50,564 bases of DNA from Oscillospiraceae bacterium (GCA_015063525.1 SVTZ01000002.1:1-50564); one strand, 5' to 3'; positions 32,197 to 40,897 are shown, numbered from the stretch's first letter. Program-made: numbers and translations. The notes: generated from the letters alone by a model not told the origin.

Positions 32197-33339
32197 TTAA
32201 TAATGAGTATTCTTCTTACTTACTCTGAGGTTAACAAGAGTAACCGCAAAGATAAGAATGAAGAGAAGAATTGCCGCTGCGGATGCAATACCCTCGGAAT
32301 CTCCAAGCTTGTCGTAGATGTAACCGACCATCGTCTGAAGACGAGGAGTACCGATCTCTGCTCCGGGAGGCTGCATAGTCTCACCGAAGATACCTACGAT
32401 ACTGGTATATTCCTTGAATCCGCCGATGAAGCCCGTAATAACAACGTAGGTAATCATAGGCGAGAGAAGCGGAACGGTGATTCTGGTGAAAACTCTCCAT
32501 GGGGGAGTAGAGTCGATCTTCGCCGCCTCGTAGTACTGCTTGTTAACGCTCTGAAGTCCTCCGAGAAGAATGAGAATCTTGAAGGGAAGTGCGTTCCAGA
32601 CAATGTAGATGATCATAACGGCTATATTAGCCCAATAGCCAGATCCCTGGTTGATCCAGTTGACAGGATCAACGCCGAATACTCCTAAAATATTATTTAT
32701 AATACCGAGAGACTTACTTAAATCAAGGTTGTGCTCATTTACGCCGACGATATTGAACATCGCGGCGAATACCATGCCTATCGCTATCGAGTTGGTAACG
32801 TAGGGCATAAAGAAAATAGTCTGAAGGAATCTTCTAAGTGGCTTGATCGCGTTAAGACAAACGGCAATCAAAAGCGCTAAGAATGTTGAGATTGGAACCG
32901 TCGCAACGCAAAGAATTATGGTATTCTGCATTATCCGGAAGAATCCGTCGTAATTAAGAATTTCTTTGAAGTTGTTAAAGCCAAATTCGAAATCGGTTTC
33001 TCCTGCTATATCAAGAATTATGCTGTATCCCTTGTACATTCCGTAGCCGTCGATGGCAAGTTTACCGGTGTCGTCGTCGTAAACGATCTCGCCGTTTTCA
33101 TCATACTCATAAATGGGAGCCTCGGGATCCCAATATACGGTAAACGCCATTTTGACAGTATTGAAGATAGGCCAAATAGTAAATATAGCAAGCAAAACAA
33201 GCGTCGGAGCCAGGTAGATCCAAGCCTTCCATTTGTCGAATTTCTTGTAAACAAGGTTTACGAAGAAGCCCTTCCAAATCCACTGCTTACAGAAAATCTC
33301 AACAAACCACACGAAAATGTTTTGTTTCTTTTCTGCCAT
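32197..33339 (-). CDS. ABC transporter permease (MalF/UgpA-like, CUT1) with an extended first external loop
   Basis: TM segments plus the EAA loop (QYYEAAKIDSTPPWRVFTRITVPLLSP). Confidence 0.85.
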   Translation of the reverse strand: MAEKKQNIFVWFVEIFCKQWIWKGFFVNLVYKKFDKWKAWIYLAPTLVLLAIFTIWPIFNTVKMAFTVYWDPEAPIYEYDENGEIVYDDDTGKLAIDGYGMYKGYSIILDIAGETDFEFGFNNFKEILNYDGFFRIMQNTIILCVATVPISTFLALLIAVCLNAIKPLRRFLQTIFFMPYVTNSIAIGMVFAAMFNIVGVNEHNLDLSKSLGIINNILGVFGVDPVNWINQGSGYWANIAVMIIYIVWNALPFKILILLGGLQSVNKQYYEAAKIDSTPPWRVFTRITVPLLSPMITYVVITGFIGGFKEYTSIVGIFGETMQPPGAEIGTPRLQTMVGYIYDKLGDSEGIASAAAILLFILIFAVTLVNLRVSKKNTHY

Positions 33340-33340
33340 T

Positions 33341-34444
33341 TTACTTCACCTCAAACCTGATTCTTTCTTCGGTTTCTGCGTCAAAGAGGAATACCTTGTG
33401 TGCCTTGAGGGAGAAGCTGACGTACTCGGCGTTCTTGTTGATCTTGTAGTCTGCGTCGATGATTGAGCGAACAACGGGATTGAGAGATGCGCTGTTGGCA
33501 GAAACCACCGAAACGTCACGTCCCATTACCTCAACGTTGTTAAGCTTACAGGTTAGTGCACCATTTGCATCAGGAATGAAGCCCTCGGGACGGACACCTA
33601 CGATAACCTTGCGGTCGTCTACTCCGGGAACATCAATAATCGCACTCTCGCCGATGTAAAGCTTGCCACCCTTAACCTCGCCGTCAAACACGTTGATGGG
33701 AGGAGTACCAAGGAACTTGGCAACAAAAAGATTGGTGGGGTCGTCGTAAACCTCTTGGGGTTTACCGATCTGTTGAACCACACCAAGCTTCATAACGACT
33801 ATGATGTCAGAAATGGACATAGCCTCTTCCTGGTCGTGAGTTACAAACACGGTGGTGATTCCTGTCTCTCTCTGAATTCTTCTGATCTCCTCACGGGTCT
33901 GAAGACGCAGACGCGCGTCGAGATTGGAGAGGGGCTCGTCGAGAAGAAGAACTCTGGGCATTTTTACGAGAGCTCTTGCAATAGCAACTCTCTGCTGCTG
34001 ACCGCCGGAAAGCTCGCTGGGCTTTCTGTCCATAAGCTCGTCGATCTGTACGAGCTTTGCAGCCTCGTAAGCTCTTTCGATCATCTGGTCCTTGGTCATT
34101 TTGTCCTCGCCCTTGAGGTTTTGGAGAGGGAACATAATGTTCTGCTTTACGGTCATATGAGGGTAAAGCGCATAGTTCTGGAATACCAGACCAATACCTC
34201 TGTTCTCGGGAGAGAGCTCTGTTACATCCTCGTCTCCAAAGAAGATTTTTCCGCCTGTAGGCTGCTGAAGGCCACTTATCATATAAAGAGTGGTGGACTT
34301 ACCGCATCCGGAAGGACCGAGAAGACCGACGAGCTGGCCGTCGGGAATGGTAAAGGTAAAGTTGTTTACAGCTATTACCTCTTCTCCGGACTTCTTGTTC
34401 CTACTGGGGAAGATTTTTGTTAGATTTTGCAACTCAACTTTCAT
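33341..34444 (-). CDS. ABC transporter ATP-binding protein (MalK/MsmX/UgpC type with C-terminal regulatory/TOBE domain)
   Basis: Walker A GPSGCGKST, Q-loop, signature LSGGQQQR, Walker B LLLDEPLS, H-loop THD; 367 aa. Confidence 0.9.
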   Translation of the reverse strand: MKVELQNLTKIFPSRNKKSGEEVIAVNNFTFTIPDGQLVGLLGPSGCGKSTTLYMISGLQQPTGGKIFFGDEDVTELSPENRGIGLVFQNYALYPHMTVKQNIMFPLQNLKGEDKMTKDQMIERAYEAAKLVQIDELMDRKPSELSGGQQQRVAIARALVKMPRVLLLDEPLSNLDARLRLQTREEIRRIQRETGITTVFVTHDQEEAMSISDIIVVMKLGVVQQIGKPQEVYDDPTNLFVAKFLGTPPINVFDGEVKGGKLYIGESAIIDVPGVDDRKVIVGVRPEGFIPDANGALTCKLNNVEVMGRDVSVVSANSASLNPVVRSIIDADYKINKNAEYVSFSLKAHKVFLFDAETEERIRFEVK

Positions 34445-34491
34445 GGAATCTTCCTTTCGTTTTTTTATTTATGTTGTTTAAAACTAACTTC

Positions 34492-35253
34492 TTAATAATC
34501 GGACTTTGCCGCTATTTCTGCCTGCCGCTTCTTTTTGTATTCGAGAAGATCCTCTGCCGTGTCGAATATTCTCTGGCTTGCTATATCAACCGTTACGGTT
34601 ACTGCCATCAGATCGTGAATAGGCGTTCTCGCCTTGGTTACTATGAGCAGGATACACTGTGCAAGAACCAAAGCAAAAAGAACGACAAGTCCTAAAACAC
34701 CGGTAACGTTGGAAATGATCATAATTACAACAAGTACGGGAATAAGAGTCTCCACGGTGCATTTTCCGAGAATGGCACGTACGAACATCTGAAATGCCGT
34801 TACCTTAACTCCGTCGGATCGCATTACTGCAATGCCGAAAATCTTCTTACCGAGAGTTTGTCCATTTCCTAATATCAGCGGAACGATCAGCTCAATTAGA
34901 AGATGTCCGACTAGCACGCTGATAATCACTATAATAAGCATAAGATTTACCGTCATGCTGTAGTAATAATATCTCACGTCGTCGGTCATAAGCTTTTTGG
35001 AAGCTTCGTCGTACTTCTGCCTCTCCTCATCGGTTAGCTTTTCAAATTCTTCGGCGGTGATGTCAAAATCGATGCCGAATTCCTCTTCGTACGCCTTATC
35101 GCAGGCGTCAAGATGGTTTTTGAAATCGTCAAACCTCAGCGCAGCGGAAAGCGCCCACGCAACTCCGACGATTACGATTCCAATAATAATGAAATCGAAA
35201 AGAAACGCTGAAATGCGTTTCCAGAAATCTGCTCTTTGTAAATCGTTGTTCAT
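34492..35253 (-). CDS. RDD-family integral membrane protein
   Basis: N-terminal FWKRISAFLFDFIIIG (RDD-domain start) and multiple TM helices. Lies 47 nt upstream of the ABC ATPase gene with no terminator, so it is probably co-transcribed. Confidence 0.7.
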   Translation of the reverse strand: MNNDLQRADFWKRISAFLFDFIIIGIVIVGVAWALSAALRFDDFKNHLDACDKAYEEEFGIDFDITAEEFEKLTDEERQKYDEASKKLMTDDVRYYYYSMTVNLMLIIVIISVLVGHLLIELIVPLILGNGQTLGKKIFGIAVMRSDGVKVTAFQMFVRAILGKCTVETLIPVLVVIMIISNVTGVLGLVVLFALVLAQCILLIVTKARTPIHDLMAVTVTVDIASQRIFDTAEDLLEYKKKRQAEIAAKSDY

Positions 35254-35382
35254 TTTATAAATTTTCTTCGATCGAAAGTGATCGCCTTTTTATAGTCACG
35301 CCGACTCGTAAATTCAAATAACAATGCTGAGCGTGCACTTTTTTCGCGCACGTATAATAAGAGTACATACTCGTGCAAGAAT

Positions 35383-35411
35383 ATTTTAACATAAAGAAAT
35401 AGCAAAATCAA
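35383..35411 (-). promoter_or_regulatory. Sigma-A promoter for the RDD-ABC-nuclease operon
   Basis: Minus strand: TTGATT (forward aatcaa 35406-35411), 17 nt, TAAAAT (forward atttta 35383-35388), with a TGn extended -10. Predicts a leader of about 120 nt containing mutually exclusive small hairpins. Confidence 0.5.
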
Positions 35412-36016
35412 CCCTTATTTTCAAAAAAAATATACCAAAATTACCAATTATTTTGGGGATGATGCACAAATACTAAGGAATTTTGTAGAAAGTATTGGTT
35501 AATTGTTGACGAAATAAGGTTGATTAACGCGGAAAAATGTATAAATCAAAAATTTTATAGGAAAAATTTGTAATGTGTCAATTACACTGATACCTGAGCT
35601 CCGGGTGTATAACTTGCGATAGAAAGCTCTGTGTCCCCGTCTGCGTTTACGGCGGCGGTTAAGCGGATGTAGGATAATTTTCGCCTTCATATACGACCGT
35701 CTCATAGCCGCCATTACCCGCACCGATTTTGATGTGATTGATGTACGTCGGTAGAAGCAAAAAACGCAATTTTAGAGCTAAAATGACAACATTACTTTGC
35801 ATTCTTAGGTCAAAATCCTTCAAAATCGGAGCTAAACAGCCTGTCCGGACCCTCTGCGAGAAGAGCAAAAATTTGTGTGTTTTGGCTATAAGCCAACCCG
35901 CATAATTAGACCTTCGATGCGAAGGTTTATCTGTATAATACCCATCAATAATTTGGTAAGTGAGTGATTATAAAAGCGTGGTACAGAAATCTATTATATA
36001 CAACTTACTTAATGAA

Positions 36017-36044
36017 GAGAAAGCCTTCGCGCTTTCTTTTTTTT
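36017..36044 (+). terminator. Orphan terminator-like hairpin plus U-tract with no upstream ORF
   Basis: gagaaagc / gctttct(t) stem, loop cttcgc, followed by an 8-T run. No plus-strand ORF of 60 aa or more lies upstream between 35254 and 36016. Confidence 0.45.
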
Positions 36045-36220
36045 GCTAAAAAAACTTCTCTTTGCGGGGCGGGGGTAGTACAAAAAATGCTCAAAAGAAG
36101 CATAGGTATTAAAGCAATTGTTTTTATTGGTGCAAAGGGTTGATGCTTACCTATATTTACCAATTATGACTCCGATATCCTGCTTAACCTAAAATTAGTA
36201 AACATATTTACTAAAAAACC

Positions 36221-36249
36221 TTGACAAATAACGACTTATAAGTTATAAT
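36221..36249 (+). promoter_or_regulatory. Perfect-consensus sigma-A promoter for the pilin-signal protein operon
   Basis: TTGACA (36221-36226), exactly 17 nt, TATAAT (36244-36249). Confidence 0.65.
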
Positions 36250-36330
36250 TATAATAAATAACTATCTATTTTTTTTATTATGCTTAGTAAAGATATTTAT
36301 TAAAATAAAATTCATAAAGGAGAAAAACTT

Positions 36331-39300
36331 ATGAAGAAACAAAACAGAAAGGCCTTTACGATCGTCGAGCTCGTAATCGTTATTGCAGTAATAGGAATAC
36401 TTGCTGCGGTATTGATTCCGACGTTTGCCGGCATAATCGGAAATGCAAATAAGTCAGCCGACCAATCTGTGGCAGCCACACTTACGACGCAGCTTCGCTT
36501 ACATAGTATTGACGGCGAAATTACCGACGAGGCAGGTCTTGTAAAGGTACTTGCAAAGGTTGACCCTGACGGAACAAAGCTTGTTCCTAAGGCGCTTGGT
36601 GACGGCTACCATTTCTGGTTTGAAATGGAAACTCAGACTATAATTGTTGATAAAATTGAAAATATTCCGGCACCTATGGCTCGTATTGCCGGAACAGCAA
36701 ATACAAGCTTCCGCGATATTAAGGGGTCTGGTTACTACCTCATTGACGCAGGTGTTCTCTCTGCTGAATTCAGCACTGCAGACATTAAATACGATGTATT
36801 CAGCTTTATTGATGAGCTTGCAACCGCGAGTGACTACACCAGATTGTTTACAACACTTTCTGCAGTAGCAGATGCTCATAATTATAAGGATATTGCTGAC
36901 CTTGTACTTGCAAAGCTTGCAACGACAACAATCAGAACCGAGGCGGGCGCATTCTTCACGGCAAATGCAAATCGGGAGTATATTTCCGCGTCTGCTACCT
37001 TCCTTGGTGCTACATTCCACAAGTATGCCGACAACAGAACTACGCTTGTTGAGTCTGACGAGGTTCCTGTTCCTTCGGGCGAATTTGGCATTCCCTCTAA
37101 CATTGAGTATGTTTCTGAGGGAGCGCTTGATTATGCCGAGGATTCTAACGTTGTAATCCTTATGCCTTCTGTTAACAGTATTGTAAACTCCTTCTCTCCC
37201 GCGGCAACAAACGCTACCATTAAGGTTGGCGATGCAACCTACATGGTTGGAGATCTTAATGGTGAAAATACTGACAAGCTTTATACAACTGCTGGTGAGT
37301 ATGTAGCAGACCTTGTTGTAAAGCTACCTTTCGCAGAGTTTGAAATCGGCTACAATAATAACGGTGTTGTCAACCACACCGGCAGCGGTGAAGAGAAGAT
37401 CATCTACGTTGCATATAGAAACGGTACACTTCGCTTAAACGCTGTAAATGCTGAGAACGCGGCCCAGTCATCTAACAAGGTTCAGGAATGGTCTGTTCTT
37501 CCGGGCGATTATGGCACAGTTACAATTGATCCTAAGACCGGTATTGTTAATCTTGAAACAGCTACATTTGTAAACAACGTTTGCGAGATTACAGTTCAGG
37601 CCAAGGCTCTTAATGTTAATGACGAGGTGCGTATTGAAACTGCAAAGGTTGTTGTAGTAAAGCCTCTCACAGCTACCGTGACGATTATTACTACATTTAC
37701 CGATAAGACTATTGATTTTGCAGCAGACAGTCATGCAATCTCCCTTCCTTTCAATGGCGAGCTTACATCCTATCAGACAACTGTTGTTGCAACCTACACT
37801 AAGGACAGCACCTCTATTACCAACCCCACGGCACCTAATGATGTTGTTGCTATTCTTGGAATCAAGCCTCAGCTTAGCATAGATGAAAACACTTATTTCC
37901 GTTGCTCATCTCAGGATAACAAGCTTATTTATCAGACTACTGAGGATAGTGATGGCAATCTCATTGGTGGAGACCAGACCTTTGTTCTCAAGGTTGATAA
38001 TTACCTCGAGGCATCAATAACTGCAACAATGGCTGATATGTCTGCAGCAATTTTTAAGACCGATTTCCATCACGAGCGTACCGAAGATCGTCAGTACTAT
38101 ATCGGAAGCGGAAACGTAATCAAGCTTTCTGACCTTTATAACATTGATACATCCAAGTTTACAGCAGATAAGGATGCAATCATCAACATTTACGATAGAG
38201 TAGGTGGAACCGGGCAACTTTATCCCATGTATCTCGCAAATAACGATCCTGATGATGACGTTGATTATAACGATAAGCTGAATCTTACGGTTAAGGTTAA
38301 CGTAGATGCAGACGGTAAGTACACACTCGAGGGTGATAATTTAGTTGAAAAGGATTCCTTCAATGTTACAGCTAACGATTGGGAGAATGTTGTTCTTCAG
38401 TTTGATTATGAAGATGTAAATACCTCTACCGATGGTAAGACTTTAGAGGCATATATCGAGATTATCCCCAGCGACGGTAGTGTTTCCACTATTGTTAAGT
38501 TCAGCGTTGTTAAGGACGCTCTTAATGTAACAGATATTAGTGGACTTGTTGCAAAGGATAAGGACGGAAATATTATTACTCACACAACTGATATTGTAAT
38601 TCAGAAAGATATTTCCTCGGTTACAAATGCTGATAAAATCGTACTCGGCGATAAGACTCTTTACGGTAATGGATACAAGATTACTGCTCAAAACTATAAG
38701 TCGGTTGCCACCGGAACAAGAGATGATTATTTTATTAAGGTGAGTGGTGGTACAGTTGATAATGTATATATTAACGGTCCTATTTATCCCGAGCTTGATT
38801 ACGAAAATGCAAATCACGGATATGACGTGTCTGGTATTGTAGCAGAAAATGGATCGAAGATAAATAACTCATATATCAAAGGCTTCCGTCAGCCTGTCGC
38901 TGCAGATGGTGGATATGGTGGTAGTGTATCAATTACAAACACTACTCTTCATGCAGGTAATTACGCTAACCTTCAGCTCGTAACCGGAACGCTTACCTTG
39001 GAAGATGTTACTACCATTCAGGATCAGAACGGTACCGAAAATACGTTTGGTGTACAAGATGGAGCTTGGAAAAAGACAACAAGAAAAGTTCTTGGCATGG
39101 GCATCGTAATTGAGATGACTGCACTGAGAGATGATGGAACGGCAGCCAAGAAGAACAACCCCATTACTCTCAAGGGATATCTTGATCAATTTAACTGGGT
39201 TGAAAAAGGCCAGAAAGCAACGATGCCTACCGTTATGGGCTTTGATATGGGTGCTGTTTTCCCATATTTATACGAAACCAGCCTGTTTAGTAGCATGGAG

Positions 39301-39780
39301 ACATATGTGCATACCGTAGGATCAGGATGGGGCGCAAAGCAATACGTAAATATGGGTATAATTTGTATTATTGTGAATCCGGAAGAGTTTGATGATAACC
39401 TTGCAGATCCTTACAAAGATGCTTATAAATTTGACAAAGATGGAGACGGCAAAATTGATTCAGGATATAATTACTCCACATATATTAGGCATAATCTTGT
39501 AATAAAGGATGAACGTGATGTAGCCGGTTCTGCCATATGTGCTAAGAAAACACTGGGTCATCTGTATATGCCTACATTTAACTACAAAAAGGCTACATTA
39601 GAGACTGGTCTGAATTATATATTTGAAGGTATGTTACGATTAATAGGTCTCAATCTCAATGAGTTGGACGGTCAGATTAACCTTATAACATATGTAAATA
39701 ATCAGGAATCCTATACCATAGGTACTACAACAGGCTATCCTCTTGATTACAGCGGTTACTATACAAATTACGGCAATTAA
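36331..39780 (+). CDS. 1149-aa protein with a prepilin-type (class III) N-terminal cleavage/methylation signal and a C-terminal right-handed beta-helix-like region
   Basis: N-terminus MKKQNRKA|FTIVELVIVIAVIGILAAVLIP fits the type IV pilin/pseudopilin signal (F at +1, E at +5). Repetitive beta-helix-like segment around ..GNGYKITAQN..VSGGTVDNVYINGPI..VSGIVAENGSKINNSYIKGF..SITNTTLHAGNYANLQL. AGGAG RBS. Confidence 0.7.
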   Translation: MKKQNRKAFTIVELVIVIAVIGILAAVLIPTFAGIIGNANKSADQSVAATLTTQLRLHSIDGEITDEAGLVKVLAKVDPDGTKLVPKALGDGYHFWFEMETQTIIVDKIENIPAPMARIAGTANTSFRDIKGSGYYLIDAGVLSAEFSTADIKYDVFSFIDELATASDYTRLFTTLSAVADAHNYKDIADLVLAKLATTTIRTEAGAFFTANANREYISASATFLGATFHKYADNRTTLVESDEVPVPSGEFGIPSNIEYVSEGALDYAEDSNVVILMPSVNSIVNSFSPAATNATIKVGDATYMVGDLNGENTDKLYTTAGEYVADLVVKLPFAEFEIGYNNNGVVNHTGSGEEKIIYVAYRNGTLRLNAVNAENAAQSSNKVQEWSVLPGDYGTVTIDPKTGIVNLETATFVNNVCEITVQAKALNVNDEVRIETAKVVVVKPLTATVTIITTFTDKTIDFAADSHAISLPFNGELTSYQTTVVATYTKDSTSITNPTAPNDVVAILGIKPQLSIDENTYFRCSSQDNKLIYQTTEDSDGNLIGGDQTFVLKVDNYLEASITATMADMSAAIFKTDFHHERTEDRQYYIGSGNVIKLSDLYNIDTSKFTADKDAIINIYDRVGGTGQLYPMYLANNDPDDDVDYNDKLNLTVKVNVDADGKYTLEGDNLVEKDSFNVTANDWENVVLQFDYEDVNTSTDGKTLEAYIEIIPSDGSVSTIVKFSVVKDALNVTDISGLVAKDKDGNIITHTTDIVIQKDISSVTNADKIVLGDKTLYGNGYKITAQNYKSVATGTRDDYFIKVSGGTVDNVYINGPIYPELDYENANHGYDVSGIVAENGSKINNSYIKGFRQPVAADGGYGGSVSITNTTLHAGNYANLQLVTGTLTLEDVTTIQDQNGTENTFGVQDGAWKKTTRKVLGMGIVIEMTALRDDGTAAKKNNPITLKGYLDQFNWVEKGQKATMPTVMGFDMGAVFPYLYETSLFSSMETYVHTVGSGWGAKQYVNMGIICIIVNPEEFDDNLADPYKDAYKFDKDGDGKIDSGYNYSTYIRHNLVIKDERDVAGSAICAKKTLGHLYMPTFNYKKATLETGLNYIFEGMLRLIGLNLNELDGQINLITYVNNQESYTIGTTTGYPLDYSGYYTNYGN

Positions 39781-39788
39781 TTAGAAAA

Positions 39789-39816
39789 ACTGTGGTGGTA
39801 GAAATGCCACCACAGT
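39789..39816 (+). other. Intercistronic hairpin without a U-tract
   Basis: actgtggtgg / ccaccacagt 10-bp stem, loop tagaaatg, not followed by Ts. Likely an mRNA-stability or attenuating structure rather than a full terminator. Confidence 0.35.
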
Positions 39817-39850
39817 AACATACAATGCTATTTAAAAAAGGAATTTTATT

Positions 39851-40630
39851 ATGGCAAAGAAAGATTCATTTTCCTTTGACAGCGAGGGTAGCTCGTTTAG
39901 CCTTAAACAGAAGATTTCTCAGTGGGAGGAAAATCTTACACAAAAGCAGAAGGTATTTATAATAGCCATAGCCGTGGCGGTTGTTGTAATCATAATTTCG
40001 GTTGTTTGCATTTGCGTTGCTACAAGTGGCAATACTAATGGCAACTCAAACAGTGGCGGTGATAATAATCAGGGCGATACCAATTCTGGGGATGAAAACC
40101 ACGAAATAATTAACATGTATATTTCTGCTACGCCTAACCGTTCAACCTATTATGTGGGCGATACCGCGGATTATTCCGGTTTGAAGTTGGCTATCGATGT
40201 TTATCAAGCACCTTCATATTATGTGTCTTACGAAGAAAATTCAGAAGATTTTACCATTAATGGTTTTGATAGTAGTGCTCCAACCGAAAGTCAGGTTATT
40301 ACTGTTGAATACAAGGGCTTCACCGCTACATTTATGGTAAAGATTCTTGAGGTTCCGCTTACAGCACCTACATTACAAAGCATTTATCTTAGTCCCGTGC
40401 CTAAGAGCACTTGCAAGGTTGGAAGATCGCCCAGCGTTAGAGATGCAAGACTGGTATGTGTTTACAGCGACGGTAGCGAAGAGTCTATCCCTCTTGCATA
40501 TAGCCATCTCTATGACTATGAGGAGGATCTAATGGCAGCGCAAGTTGGCGATACCGTAACTATTAGAGTTAGATATAGTGAAGACGGCTATGTTGCCGAA
40601 ACCTCTTACACTGTTACTATTGTAGAATAA
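39851..40630 (+). CDS. Membrane-anchored protein with two bacterial Ig-like (Big_3-type) domains
   Basis: TM helix VFIIAIAVAVVVIIISVVCICVA, a Gly/Asn/Ser linker, then two units of the pattern Y.vGd..d.sGL.l......s..V....s..f.i.GFDSS..G.qvitVeYkGft..f.V. Confidence 0.6.
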   Translation: MAKKDSFSFDSEGSSFSLKQKISQWEENLTQKQKVFIIAIAVAVVVIIISVVCICVATSGNTNGNSNSGGDNNQGDTNSGDENHEIINMYISATPNRSTYYVGDTADYSGLKLAIDVYQAPSYYVSYEENSEDFTINGFDSSAPTESQVITVEYKGFTATFMVKILEVPLTAPTLQSIYLSPVPKSTCKVGRSPSVRDARLVCVYSDGSEESIPLAYSHLYDYEEDLMAAQVGDTVTIRVRYSEDGYVAETSYTVTIVE

Positions 40631-40658
40631 CATTCTGCAAGTCAAATAAAACTAACCG

Positions 40659-40686
40659 AAAAAGCCTGTATCCGCAGGCTTTTTCT
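40659..40686 (+). terminator. Rho-independent terminator of the pilin-signal/Ig-like operon
   Basis: aaaagcctg / caggctttt stem, loop tatccg, running into ttttct. Confidence 0.7.
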
Positions 40687-40807
40687 ATTTCATCATCGCG
40701 TTGGAAAAGAAATGATGTTTTTGCTTACGCAAAAGTGATGTTATTCGCACAGCTCTAATAATGTTGCTCCCGATGGTCGCAGTGATGTGACGTTTGCCAT
40801 AAAATGT

Positions 40808-40897
40808 GGCGTAGCCATACATCATTCGCGTCAGCGTCATCATTGGGCAAAGCCCTGCATCATTTGCCGAAGGCAAACATCATTCGGCAGAATGCCG
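40808..40897 (+). promoter_or_regulatory. Array of four direct CATCATT repeats, each followed by a different mini-palindrome, immediately upstream of a promoter
   Basis: CATCATT at 40820, 40838, 40858 and 40878 (spacing 18/20/20 nt). The repeats are followed by cgc-gtca-gcg, gggc-aaa-gccc, tgcc-gaa-ggca and cggca-gaa-tgccg. The last unit ends 10 nt before the -35 element. Confidence 0.4.

Noticed and set aside
35499-35868. Two overlapping minus-strand ORFs (74 and 69 aa) in the long intergenic gap.
   Set aside because: They are highly basic and low-complexity (RRRKRRRGHR), lack an RBS and lie in different frames. They are not credible genes, so the region is treated as non-coding or decayed.
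40685-40876. 63-aa Met-rich minus-strand ORF (MPSANDAGLCPMMTLTRMMYGY...), possibly a leader peptide.
   Set aside because: It starts at a TTG with no RBS. Its Met-Met pairs are simply the reverse complement of the CATCAT repeats, and it runs toward a convergent terminator. It is better explained as an artefact of the repeat array.
40808-40897. The short regularly spaced repeats as a CRISPR array.
   Set aside because: The repeats are only 7 nt with about 12-nt variable segments, there are only four units, and no cas genes are present. This is far below CRISPR repeat and spacer dimensions.
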